A stretch of DNA of 64,000 bases. Origin: Hyphochytrium catenoides. Lineage: Eukaryota; Protista; Hyphochytriomycota. The notes beneath the pieces were generated by a model. It made no database searches, was not told the origin of the DNA, and saw only the letters and a program-made list of their open reading frames with translations. This document shows, in pieces, positions 13,701 to 26,600 of the stretch (the stretch's first letter is position 1; each line of letters begins with the position of its first letter). Position numbers and translations under genes: made by a program. Where the stretch lies: contig FLMG01001166.1 of NCBI GenBank assembly GCA_900088475.1, positions 64,363-128,362 on the forward strand, read 5' to 3'.

Positions 13701-16700
13701 TGGTAGCTGTGAAGGTCTTTACCTGTCTGTTGTTCAATGCTTGGGCTCTGGGAATGCGTTGTCAATGACTAACCTTCTGATTTTGCTCATTTGAGTTCTC
13801 TTGGTTAATCTCACCCCGTCATGTTTGTTCTGTGTTGGTTTTTCTTCATCAAACTTTACAGGCCGAAATAGAGCGCTTGAACGAGAAGCTCTTTTTGGAG
13901 AACACTGAATCTATCGCAAAGCTACGGGAGGCACTGAAGAAACTAGAGCGAGGTGACGATGGAGAGCGCACACTCGCAGGAGTGAAAGTCAACGAGAATC
14001 TCCTACAGCAGTTAGAAGAAGCACATAAGGGGATGTTGGAGAGAGAAGAGCAAGTGCAAGCTGTTGAGGATGAGCTTAGAAGGGCCCTTGTCATGAAGGA
14101 CAAAGCAGAGGAGAGAGCAGGAGAGGTGCAAACTGTCGTTCCTTCACCGTTCGGCACGCTATACTCCTCGCACTTATCTCAGCGCTTCATATTCAGTTGT
14201 TTGCCTTTTGTTGTCCCTATATTGACTTCATCACGTTCCAAGATGATAGCAAGAGCTTACGAATGTCTTCATCGGTTCAGGCTCTAGAAAAGATACAGCT
14301 ACTCCGCCAAGAGCTGAAGGATGCAAAGAGCGAGGCTCGGGAAGCGAAGGAAGAGGCAGAGGCAGCTAAATCTGACCGAAGGATGGAAAAAATGCTCTTA
14401 GCTTTGAAAAACCAGGTCACTTCAAAGGAGAAGAAGCTCTCAGGTACTACATTCCCTGTCCCGCGTCGCCCTCTTTATAAATCCCCATGTCCTACGCCGT
14501 ACTCATCTTGTCTCTACCTTCGATACTGCCTGGAGCCGCTATGGTTATCTATCGGTTCTCCTCCGTTACTTGTCCTTCTCCTCGTCTTGGTGTCGGTTTA
14601 GGTTTAACGCGGTGACGTGACCCTGGCAGGATTAAGGGAGACGGTGTTACGGCTGAAAGAGGAGTTTATTCAGGCAGAAGAAAGGCACGAAGAAGAAAAA
14701 GCGCAAACAGGAAAAGAGGCTAGAAGCCAAGTAAGTGGCTGTTCGTCCTCTGGAGGTTGAGTATGGGTTGGCGTTTCATCCCACAAAAGTGACGGAATGC
14801 TGGAGAGTGCATTGGGAGACCGCAGCTACGTGGAGGCTGCATACCTACCGAGGACGAAACAAGCAATATGTATTAGGTCTAATTTTTCTTTGTTTAGAAC
14901 CTGGACCGGCAAGTGGAGCTAGAGGATATGGTAGAAAAACTCAACAAGCAGCTGGAAAGCCTAAAAAAGAGATCCGAAAAGCTTCAGGTAACTAAGTGGT
15001 GCCCTAGGACATCTGTATCTTTGTTTGTGCTTCCAGATGCTTTTTTTCTATGGTCGGCCCCACACAGTCGTTGCGGTAGGCCGCCTTCACTTAGCTCAGT
15101 ACTAAGTGCGACATGGTTCATCTCAATCCTTATGCTTTGTCAGGAGTCGCAGTCCAAATTGAAAGATGAGCTAACTGAGGTAAGGAGAAAAGAAGCCTCG
15201 GCGCTGAAGGAAAAGGAGGAGCTCCGAGCAATAGTTGAAAAGATCCAGAAACGGAACAACGATCTCCTCGCTGCTGAAGCAAGGTGGGAGTACTTATAGC
15301 TTTTTCGTGGCTTTTCTATGTGTCAGCCAGCATCCCTGAATCTTCGCTAGCCATCAGTCATAAACCTAGTCATCTTGCCTCTAATGGTGGCCCTTCCTTT
15401 CTGCCTCCACACGAGTCCGGAGGGGTCTTTGAGTTCTATTGGTCTCCAAGTTCATCTACCCAGGACGCGGTATCCCACCTCGAAACAATTTAGGCAGATT
15501 TATTGATAATCCGCTTTGTCTACCTCTACTCGCCACTGAATCGCATCACGGATCTACGGTTTGCATCTTGCCACCCGCGATTCATCCGTAGGAGTGAAAT
15601 ATCGCGCCTAAAGAGCACATTGGAAGAGGCTCTCATGCGAGAAAACGAACTAAAGGACAGGGTTAACTCCTTAAAAAAGAAGCTCAACGCGGTTAGCGCA
15701 GATTACGGCAAGCACGAACACGGTGAAGAGGCCCAGGATCGAGGGGATACTGATCTGTTCCGGGACAGAACAAGAGACTCAAGGGATAAACTCTCTGAGT
15801 CATCTGAGTCCCGAACCGGCGCCGAAGGAAAAAGCCATCCTGTCACTTCGTTGGAGCAAAGAAGAAAGAGGATAGCCGAGGCAGCAGAAAGACGACAAAA
15901 GACTGGTACTTGCTCACATCCATTGTTACACTTATCCCTACTGTAGGCTCCTACGAAAAAAAACCTGCTTCGAAAAAGTCTCACTTCATCTGGGAATCCT
16001 CGTGCTCCCTTTTGTAGCTCTCAAATCACCAGAGTATAGATCCAAAACCTCTACTCCATTGGCTAATTATCACAATCGCCGCTTGCGGCTCGCTCAACGC
16101 ATCTCTGCTTTCTCTTGTATGATGTTCCGTGTAGGGACATCTCTACCGTCAAGGCCACCTGTGCGCTCGGGAGACGAAATCGCGGGAGCGAGGGCAAATG
16201 ACTCGGCAAGACACTTCTGGGAGGCAGAGAAGAAGCTGAAGAAGCGCATTGATTCGCTTACAAATAGATTAGAAGAGAAAACAATTGAGCTCGCTGAAGC
16301 CAACAACGAGCTTTCTCGCACCAAAGAGGCACTATCGAGGTCTAATAAGGAGGTTGAGGCGTTGAAGAAGAAGCTCGCAGAAAAGGAAGGGGCAAAAAAG
16401 AGAGACTTGTCTCTACTTCTTGACATCGAGTCTCTTCAGAAACGAGTAGTAGAGTTGGAAAGAGAAAACCTTGCGCTAAAAAGAGAGATAGAAGTGGATA
16501 ATGCCTCGGAGATTGTTAGCCTAAGGCATGAAGTGTCGGTTCTGGAAAGGGAAAACAAGGAACTAGGGGAGCACCTCGCTGAGCTTAGAGCGAGGTTAAG
16601 AAGGAAGGAGTCGTACAACTCTTCTGATTCTGAAGACGAAGCACCAGATTCCACGCAGGTAAGTTGTTCAAGGAGCCTTTGGCAAGGGCAATGGTGCTAT

Positions 16701-18367
16701 GACAAAACCGTGATACTTTGAGAGAAACTGGGTAGAATGTGGGAGAGAGAACGCTTAGTTCCCAGTGAAGGGATAGAGTTTGCAAGAGAGGTATTGGAGG
16801 TAAAAGACTCGTTGTCAAGCGAGTAGATGAAGAGTGTAAAAGGAGAAAGAGAGGATGTTCTTATTTAATGGCTATACCTAGGACCGTCTACGAGCGCGAT
16901 TGCAAGAGAAGGGGGAACAGATGAAAGCCTTGGAAGCAGCAATGTTAGAGAAGGACACCAATCTGATGGAGCTCAGATTCGAAGCCGAGGGTCGCGTACT
17001 TCATATAGAAAGACTGGAGAGGAGAGTGGGAGAGCTGGAGAGCATGATAGAGGATTTCAAAGCCTTAGTCTCGTCCGGAGGCGCAGGAGGCCGAGGCAGT
17101 AAAGGAGAACCTGAAGCGAAATCGAGGAGAAGAGGAAGCGCTGTAACCCAGGAGAAAGGGAAGAGAGAACAAGACTTAGAGACCCTCGTGGGTGCCCTCA
17201 GAAGAGTAATTGACAACCTGAAAGCAGGTAAGAAAGGCGCAGTACATGCCTAGGTTCTGCCCCAGGTTTACCGGTCCGGCTTTTTTTAATGCACTCGTCA
17301 ACGCTCTAGCATACGAAACACTAACCGTGTATATCTCCATCCCTTGTTGACTGATAAACTTCCGAATGTTAAGAAAATGAGCGGTTACGGCGCAGTGGAA
17401 CTGCGAACACCAAATCAAGCGAAAGTACAAAGAAGATCAAAGAACTGCAAACTGCACTTCAAAACTCAGAGAGAGAAAGGGCAGATTTGTCGTCTCAACT
17501 TCTGTCTAAGCAGGAAGCCGGACGAAAGCTCTCTCAGGCTCAGGAGGTAATCAGCAGCTTGCGTCGGCAATTGGAGGAGAAGGATAAGGAGGCAACAGAG
17601 GCTACCTTAAAGCTAAAGGCCCTACAACAGGGATTGGAAGAAGGCGCAGCCGGTAGGTTCCTGGACTGAAAATAGCTGTTTTCCTTTTCCTTTTAGAGTT
17701 TGCTGAACTTCAATCTTTCAGTGCTTGCAAGCGTCTTTGTATCCTTAGTTATCTTACTGATCGCCACCCAATACTGACTACTCCATTTAGAACCGGCCAC
17801 GGTAGAGCGCTTGCGTCGAGAAATCCTCCGTCTCAAGGAGGAATTAGAGAAGGTTAAGAAGAGAACAGAGCAGACAGAAGAGACCACGAGGTAAGGGACG
17901 TTCCATTAGCTCCTGGTAACCAGCGGGTTGTGGGCGGAGATTAGAGGTGCCAGGGGTGCCAAGTGGAGAAAGACGTGGAGAGACCAAGAAGTGATTTGCC
18001 TCTGCTTTCATAGCTCCACCAAAGCCATCGCAAAGCTTCACCAGGAGATTGACAAACTCCAACGAGAAAAAATGGAGCTTAAAGAAGAGAATAAGAAGCT
18101 TACGAGAGAGCTTTCTGCTTTTGATTTGGTAAGTCCAGTCGTTTAATCGCTTTGGATTCTTCATCTTTGCGTTTCTTGGACAAGAACGCTTTCTTTCTTT
18201 GCCAGTAGAGATCTCCTTGACTCACGCTTACACCCTCTATTCCCATCGCTATACCTCCAATGCGCCCCCATTAGGAGTTTTTTGAGGAAATCGAAGATCT
18301 GAAGTTCCGTTATGCGGAATGCGTGAGGAGGAATGAGGAGCTGGAGAGACAGTTGCAAGGGAAATAG
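4708..18367 (+). CDS. CEP290: Centrosomal protein of 290 kDa (ciliary transition-zone coiled-coil protein), many exons
   Basis: Long spliced coiled coil with CEP290-like motifs: RRDEDIRKLN...QIDDLEEERLRL; LKEVSDIALSQSQALEARKQQRDMEFEHLRERLRELEAKSDDDAMIGRLH; WEAEKKLKKRID; C-terminus LTRELSAFDLEFFEEIEDLKFRY (compare human FDPSFFEEIEDLKYNY). ATG at 4708, TAG at 18365-18367. Confidence 0.9.
13069..13093. repeat. (GA)n microsatellite in a CEP290 intron
   Basis: gagagagaagagagagagagagaga read directly from the sequence. Confidence 0.8.
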
Positions 18368-18578
18368 GAACAAGCACTGGTGTTGGAAATGATGAGAGGA
18401 GGGAGTGCCAGCTGGTTAAGTTACTTTGTTCCAGTGCTCTTGCAGGGTTTCCCTCCCCATCTAAAGGGAGCACTGTGGATCCTCCTATTTATTGAAGTCC
18501 TTAGATTCACTAATAGCTTCCAAAGCAATAGTGGGATCTCAAGGGAAGCGGTCTTGGACCTAAGGAGCTATTTATAAT

Positions 18579-21337
18579 TTAACACTCGGGGAAGAAACCC
18601 AAGATATCCTTCACAAGAATGTTCCAGAGTACCTGAGTCGTTGCGCAGCAGCAGAAGTGAGTACACAAAGCAGACTGGAGCGAGTGCGGAGAGGGAAAGC
18701 CGCACACTAAGGGCCAAACTCACCTCCACCGCTACCTCCGCCACAATGAGCCATATCACTATCCATTCTAGCTTTGATGCATGTTGATTCTCCAACTGGT
18801 CGTTCAATACCTCAAGGCTAGAGAAGGAATAGGGTATAGGGAAGAGTGCAGAACAGGACTCAGGGTTTAGATGATGAGGAACGAGAAGACATTCAAGAAA
18901 GGGTCTTACAGCTCCTTGAGAATGTCAAGCCTTGCATTTAAGACCTCCACTCTTCTCTCGACGTCCAGGTACTTCAGCATCTTCTTATACAAAGGCTGTG
19001 AAAGGGGTGCACGTGAGCCATCTGAGAGTGAAGGGGAAAAGGTAATGGTACACTCCTGGTAACCCGAAGGAAGCTGGAGCTTCCTATCAGGACCGCAAGC
19101 ATTAGAATGAGATCGCTTACCTCCCACTTGTCGTACTCCCAAAAGAAGTCTGGCTCGTCCAAAATTTCCGAGTTGAGGTTCACGTCCGCTCTCTGACGGA
19201 GATGGAATAAAATTGTCAGTCAGCAGCTTATTATCTTAACTCCCTCCCTCGCTCTAAAATATCTCGTCTTCGTCAAAAAGGACACCATCGGACTCGAAGC
19301 ATTCCGCTTTAAGTCTTAGTTACCCGGACGAAGTCCAATGGTTTGCCATACCAGACCGTGCAAGAAAGGTTTTTTGCTATAGCTAAGCGGTAGAGAATAC
19401 TCCCCTGGCCCTATCTATGGGCTACTAATGGCTGGAAGAAGATCAAAGGGTCTTACCTCTAGAAATATCTTGCCTATCATGGAGGAGATCTCCTTCTGTG
19501 TCAAATTAATCTTTCCATATCGGGAAAGCGTCCGTGGGATTGTTTGATATTCCTGACAGCTCCATGTGTGAGATCACGCTATGGGCAGGGGCACGGACGA
19601 AGGACAGCGGTGGTACCTCAATGACTTCTTCAACGCGTCGTTCAAATAAATCAAGTTTGGCTGACTGGGCCATGGCGAATGAGAGTGAGAGTTTCTCTAA
19701 AGGGTCTGTAGTAGCCAAGGATATTGCATCGTGCTGAATACTACCGGGATTTCGTCAGTCATGCTTCATATTGACCAGTAGATATTAAACCAAGCGGAGA
19801 AGAGGAGTTGCGTTACACAGCACGGGACATAGGGAGTGTAACTAGCGCTAGAAGAACTGCTTGGAACATGTGAATTAGAGAGAAGCACTACAGGGCGACA
19901 TTGGTGGTAAACGTGGTAAGCCACCAGTCAGTAACAGAGGATCTGAGCAGAAGCGCTTAATCTAACCTGCTAACGTTTGCGTAGTGGAAGACCATGTCAT
20001 CCGACTCCACATTCTCGACAGGGTTTATTGAGTACTTGCTCGCCGCAGCCAAATGGGCAGCCTCTTGCTCTGGGGTCATGCCCCAGAAGACCATACATCC
20101 CCACCTAAGGAAGAGCGACTCAGTTTGGAGGCATTCATGGGAGCCGTTAATTGAATATTTGATCAACCGTAAGGAAGAAGACTTCTCAAGCCATAGGAAG
20201 CGTGTGATACCCACTTACGCAAAGTAAAAAGCATCCTTATGGGCAGTAATGTCTAGAGGGTCATCATACTCCTGGCCGTCTTCGCTACAGTCATCAGTGA
20301 AAAAGAAGTGAAGGCTGAGTCAGAGCAATTCCTTCTATATAGTCAAAGGTGGGAAGTGCCAGAATCAAAAGAGCAACAATCTTTCAAAGGTGAATTCACC
20401 AAGAAAGAAAATTTGTCACATGCTAGTAGAGAGATCGGGTTCTCCCTACCCTCTATTCGGTACTAAACTAGCATGAACTGCTCCCAGGTATAGCTGTGTG
20501 GTCCAGCCTTTGGAGCTCATGTCATGGCCCTCAAGGGACCTGCATCCGGTTAGCTTGATCCACTTCATGAAAGCAGGCAAGTCTAGCTCCTCACAAGTGC
20601 AATACGCCACCACACGGAGCTCAGGCAACTCTCGTGACTGAAAGAAGGGTCAGAGATAGGGCCCAGCCAGCGCGGCAGAAGGTTAGATTGCGTAAGTGCA
20701 CGCATTAAAAGAAGCAAGAGATACACTGACCACTCTCTCACGAGTAGGGAGTACAGCGCTCGTCGCAGGAGATTGGGGGGAGTAGGACAAGAACATAGAG
20801 CCACGCAACGAACCTGTTCATCGCGGGAGAACACTCTCGCTCGTGCTCTTTTATTCATTCGAGTGCCCTTGCGATTGGGTCCTTGCTTAGGAGTCTACAG
20901 CGTTCGCTGTCAAATTTTTGCACGCAGTCCGAAGACCATTGCCCTTCTACCTTTCCTGTCTTCTTGTCACGCGCTCTTCGACTCTCGTTCGCCATTTCTA
21001 ACAACCGCTTCTCTGTTGAAGTAGACCCAGTGAGCCCGATATCCCCCAAACGAAGAGGAATAGGATTATATACCCGCAGACAGACGAAGGCAGAAGCTAG
21101 GTGGGGGAGATAATGCAATATTTAGAGCGTTGAGCTCGTAGGAGAGGAAAGCGTACCAGGATATAATGCAGAATCTGACTGATAATCCGGCGTCTGACTT
21201 CGAAAGTCTGAGGGCAGCTTAATGTTCCCCTCCGATAGTCGAGATGACTCCATGAACCTCTCGCCAAGTAAGGGAGAGCTTTCATCAAGCCTCGCCCCCT
21301 CGAGGTGATGGGTCGGCGCTGAGCTTCTTCTCTCCAT
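18579..21337 (-). CDS. RMD1/RMND1/Sif2-like DUF155 family protein, multi-exon
   Basis: Exons encode RVVAYCTCEELDL, WGCMVFWGMTPEQE, LSLSFAMAQSAKLDLFE, LNSEILDEPDFFWE, YLDVERRVEVLNARLD and HASKLEWIVIWLIVAEV, all DUF155 hallmarks. The last exon reads VLWNILVKDILGFFPEC*. Start ATG at 21337 is tentative. Confidence 0.88.
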
Positions 21338-22114
21338 ACTTATAGACAATCGTAACACCAGTTTATCTGGCTTGCGGAAAGGCTATAGACCTGTCAAACG
21401 TATCATTAGTGTGCATCTATAGACTACCAATCCTCCTCTTGCTCATGTGTGTGGCGACTCTCACGCACACAGATCCCACGCCTCCAGGAACCGTAGTGAC
21501 TATCGTTCAAGAGCTCACACGACTAGTGGCTCTCATAAACATCACTGCGGATAGTTCAGGGAAAGAAGAGGGCTTGGTAGTCACAAGCTGGGGAAACTGA
21601 AGAGGTGGGCCAGGATGGAGGATGGACCAATGGAGGATGATCAAGCAAGCGGACGCAGAGCATGACTGCAGCCCGCAGTCTGGACTTCAGCTTGTCCGGC
21701 GGCTGCAGGGGAGGAGGATCTTGGACACGCTCTTTGAGATACAACGTTCCTCGTCTGCACTCTACAGTATAGGGAAGGTTCTCACTTCATAATCAGTTAC
21801 CTAAATCGTTCTTCGATTGATAATCTCATCGGAAGGGACTGAGAAGTTCGTTCTCGCTCGCTGATGGAGAAGTTTCTGCTTCGGATGATGTCGGAGCATG
21901 TTCGCACTTGCGTCGCTTCAAGAAGGGAATCTGTCAGGGACGAGTCAGCAGTGAGGAGATTCATTGGCAGTCTGCAAAAGCTCTGTATAGCCAACTCATT
22001 GAGCGAGGCTTCCCGTTGGAATATGGAGGCGTTCTGGAGACTGGCATCGCCTGTGGAAGAGTAACTTTGCCTATGAATGCCCTTGCGTGGGGAAGAAGAA
22101 GAGACCGCTGAACG

Positions 22115-23063
22115 ATGTGCGGTAAGAGGTGGTTCGCGTTCAAGAGTGGAGATGTCTCTTGGTGGACTGCATTTGCATTCACACTTGGTAGTATCGCATG
22201 GGTCGCAAACGGTATAATAGTCTTCCATGAGCCCATAAGCGACAAGCATGCGTCTTACTTAGCTGAAGCCTACACCGGTTTTGCTGGAGGCACCTTTTTC
22301 CTTTTTGGTGGGCTATTCATATACTGGGAAGGACTGAACCAGGAATGTCAAGAAGCGTTCGGACACAAGGCTGTGGGTTTATGGCGCAATCTTAAGCCAG
22401 TGATACCATTTTGTAGACAAAAGCTGTCTGTCGAAGATCAAGAGAGAGAAGGAGCCCCGCGCGATGCTCCGCCACAATACTCAGCCCATCTGGATGGTAA
22501 GGATATGAACTATGCATAGAAGCACGGCCTGTGAAGCTTATGTCTACGTTGTAGGGGGAAGAAGTGAATCACAAAGGTGCAGCATCTGGCGGTGGTATGG
22601 GCTTCGGCCATGGACCGATCTCTACTTCGCTGCTGGAGCTTCACAATTCCTCGCGGTGATGATCTTCTGGACCAGCGTTGTGTCTCTGCTGCCCGGCCTT
22701 CTACCAGAAGAAGAGAAAGAGGACCCAGAAGCTTACCGGTGGGCCTACTGGACTCCTCAGGTTGTAGGGGCGGCCTTTCTTATCCTTAGCAGTGTATTAC
22801 TGACGGTCAAAGAGCAGCCTACGTGGTATCGGCCTCAGCCATTTGATCTCCTCTGGCACGTTGGCTTTTGGAACGTAATAGGGTCGGTAGGGTTCTGGCT
22901 TAGTGGCTTGTTTGGCTACTGGCCGGGAGAAAACATGCAGAAGTGGGGTGTCTCGTTCTCAACCTACTGGGGTAGCTTTGCATTTCTTTTAGGCAGCTAT
23001 CTTCAGCTGTTTGAGGTTATAAACAGAGACGTAGGGACCAAAGACTGCGAGTTAGGTGGTTGA
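22115..23063 (+). CDS. Integral membrane protein of fungal/YrhK-like type (2 exons, intron 22497-22554)
   Basis: Trp/Gly-rich helices: DVSWWTAFAFTLGSIAWVANG, YWTPQVVGAAFLILSS, EQPTWYRPQP..LLWHVGFWNVIGSVGF and STYWGSFAFLLGSYLQLFEVIN. These match my recollection of an uncharacterised fungal integral membrane family with YrhK-like repeats. Confidence 0.7.
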
Positions 23064-23600
23064 AGTGTTGATCTCACTGAGAGTTCAAGACCTTTCAATC
23101 ACAGGATAACTAGGGCTGAAGTAAGGTTATCCTCGCGAGAAATCAGTGATCTAGGGAGGGACAGTGTCTGGTGACCGCAGTCGTTGGACTATAGAATGGA
23201 GGGAGATAGACACAACCCCAACCTTCCAGCCGCTAAGCTATCTAGCGTCTGACAACAGCTCAATTTTATGTGGAGCATGTGTGTGGCTATAACATCGCTG
23301 TGATGGTCAGGATGACGGGTTGTATAGCCTGAGTGATGTTCATTGTCAAATCTCAATGACCATCCCTAAGGCTGGAAAGGACCAATGGAACAGATCGAAG
23401 GCGCAGAGCTTAGGGAGGTCTCACTGAAAAGATTGTCGGGCCATGTCTTTGAAAGCAAGCGCTAGGAGGTTAGTAGATTTTAATAAACACTTATGGTCGA
23501 TAGAATCAGACCGGCATTGGAAGGGAGCGTAAGAGAGGAATGACTGCCTCTCGTAATCTTAAGGGTCTATCTGCCCGTTATGCCCGCGTCAGTCCATTCC

Positions 23601-26600
23601 CTAGACGATAGGGCCGAGAGAAGAACTACTCTGAAGCGTATTGTCCCCTTCAATTCCTGCCCTAAGAAGCACTTCTGCCTCCTGTCTGTTGAGCCACTTC
23701 CCGTTAAGGGGAGTGCTGCTGCCTGGCACTGCCAGCTGAATACGGGTTGGCAGACGAGAGTCTGCCCAACGGAGGCCTAGACGAATGCGTGGAGGCTGGC
23801 TATCTTGCTCCCGATTTACCTCTCCAGCCACATTCACGGCCGTTAAGAGCTTGTTTGAGTTAGGCACCTTTAATTCGTACCATCGTGTGTGCTGGTTGCC
23901 GTCGGCGAGCTGTGAAAGAGGGATTTGAACCTCTCCTAGCACGTGGTCACGGACGCCCGCAGTGTTATAAACAGCGACCTGCGTCAATGAGATTAGAAGC
24001 ATGCTCGAATGACCCTCTCTTCCTTCCCTGTCCTTTATCCTTCTTAACAATCTGTTGTTCAGCCCTGTGCTTTCTTAAGATCTAGCTTGTTGTGGTTTCT
24101 ATCTTACCTTAAGTGTCTCCTGTCTGTTAGTACGGTGGAGCCTGTATGACTCGTTCCAGTGAGGGTTAGAGGTTCCTGCAGAGACTATGGTTCTTTCTAC
24201 GTGATCGCCAATAGTCAACAAGCAGTAGCAGCTGATGTGCGAGCTGAGCTCGTCATCTTTCAATCCTGACGCCTGATAGACAGTTAGTAGGAGCTTGTCA
24301 GGAGTGTACTCTAGTCTCTTCCCCTCGACGTTGATGTCATCGACGGCACAGACTTTTCCTGCAGTCCAAACCCCAGGGCGACCAGGGTCCATTATCAGGA
24401 CTGAGTTGTTTACATCAAAGGTTTCCATATGAACCAAGCTCTTCTCCAGCCACCTTTCGTTGTCCAACCATAGAGGAGGAGAGCACACAGGGCTTCCATC
24501 CCCAATGCTCTCTTTCATATGAACCTTCAGCTTTCCCTTCTTAATCCAGGCTACACTAGCCTCTCTCCACTCATGTGGCACAGGTGACTCAATAAGAATG
24601 GTCTTCCCAATAAGAGAGAGACTCTCTCTCAGCTTGTGCTTCATCTTCCTTCCCCTGTACGCAATAAGATTCTTGGTGCCAGTGCTAATGTCAGATTTGG
24701 TGGAGTTGACAAGGAAGATAATCCCAAGGCCGAGATTCTCTAAGATGATGAAAGCCACTAACCGAGGGATGTATCCCAGGCACTCCGTTGACGGCCCGTA
24801 GTTCTCATCTGTGCCCCCACAACCAAAATAGGCGTCAAACCCTCCAGTACAGGCAACGTAAAGGCCTGGAACAATCATCGCCGCCAGCATTGCCTCAAAG
24901 AAGAGAACATTTTCCCATGTGCCTATCCCTAACATTCTTTGCGGGATAGGTCGCTTGAAGTCAATGCATAGCTTGATCAGATCAAAGCGGAATGAGATTT
25001 TGTTGTTCACATAGCCGCAGAGGGCGCAGAATGGCCAAACCACAGAGAAGAGCGTGATGTAGGAGAACTGTATGCATTGATGCAGGAGGTCAGAGAAGGA
25101 GGACCAGAAAGAGAGACCACCCTCCTCCAGCACCGTATCTGCGGTATAGTTATAACTCCTGCACTCGAAGGAAGGCTTCAGGTAGAGAAGAGAGCTCATC
25201 TTCTCGTCATAAAGTTCCGCAAAGTCTTGAAGAAGTCTCTCATGAAGCATCGCGCTAACTTTGGCAAATCTGCTAGACGATGTCGCCTCCACGATGGAGG
25301 AGGTTAACGCCACGTCCTGGGAGCTGAGAGGAGGACTACTTGCGCTATCCTCTTTCTTCTGTCCCAATGTCGAGGTAGAAGGAACAGCCATTTGCGCCGA
25401 AGGCGAGAGAGAGGACATTGGGGATGGCGTCACTCCCGCTTTATCTCTCCCAGCATTCTCTCCGCCCAAGATCCCTTTTTCTTTAAGCGCTTGCTTCATC
25501 TTCAACACGCCTTCGTCGATTGAGTCTGTAGTAACTCTGACTCTTGAACGAGCGGCAAGGATAGCCTTCCTTCCCAGCCAAGGAAGAAAAGTGTTCACTA
25601 ACAAGTTAAGTCCTTGCGTTACCACCAGTGGGGTTACAAAGGCGCTGTCCATGGCTAGCTTAGCTGGAGGATGTGAAGAGGCAAGATGAAGTTCTATCAG
25701 CAAGCAATCTCGCAAGCGCATCAAAGAAGAGAGAGTAGAGCCTAAGGTGTTGGTAAAAGACGCTTTTAAGGAGTTTCCCTGAGGTGATGACACGAAGGTT
25801 TTTGCAGGTACCACAGAAAGCAATGAATGAGAAGAAGATAGGAAGGAGCAAGTGTGCAGGTGGTTTGTCTTACACTGATCCCATTGCCTTGCATAGTACA
25901 CCGAGTGGTTGAAAGTGACATACTTATTTGGGTCAATGTGCTTCATGATAAAAGTTTGAATGTCGCTGCCATAAGGAATGTAAAGAAAGGCGAGCACCAG
26001 GAACCAATAGAAGTATCCTAGCCACGTGAACAGAAATGTCTTCATCACGAAGCCCTTCGTCTTCTCAGCTGGAAGGAGAATAAAGTTAGTTGAGACCGAG
26101 AGAAAGGAACGAAGCGGGAAGAAAGGATAGACAGAGCCAAAGGACAGTATAAGCGATATGCGACGCACTGGGGACAATGACCAAAAGGTTGGAAGAATGA
26201 GATGATCAAAAGGAAACATATTATCCATAAGCCTGACAGGCAAAACACGACATCTGAGAAAAATGAGGTTGCAGGTCAAGGATAGGGACCAAGCCAGGAT
26301 CTCACCCTGAGTTCTCCAATTCTCCCATTCATTAAACTTCGCCGCCAGCGCTTCAAAAATGGCAGTGAACAGAATGTCAATGGTAATTCCCAGCACCACT
26401 CCCTGGATGAAGATGTAGAACCAGCGGCCAGTTCCTAGTAGGGGTCTAGAAGACGCAAAGCATCCAAGGAAGCTGGAACACTCTGGACCGTAGATCCTGT
26501 TTGTCTCCTCACAATAGCTCTGGCAACTTTTGATGCCCAGCTCTTCCTGCACCTGTGCTGTGCACTTTTCTAAACAAACAGAGGAATCCACCCAGTCACA

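Noticed and set aside
21824-22114. Open frame ending in TGA two codons before the YrhK-like ATG (readthrough or selenocysteine?)
   Set aside because: The upstream peptide shows no family similarity, no SECIS was recognised, and ATG 22115 yields a complete membrane domain.
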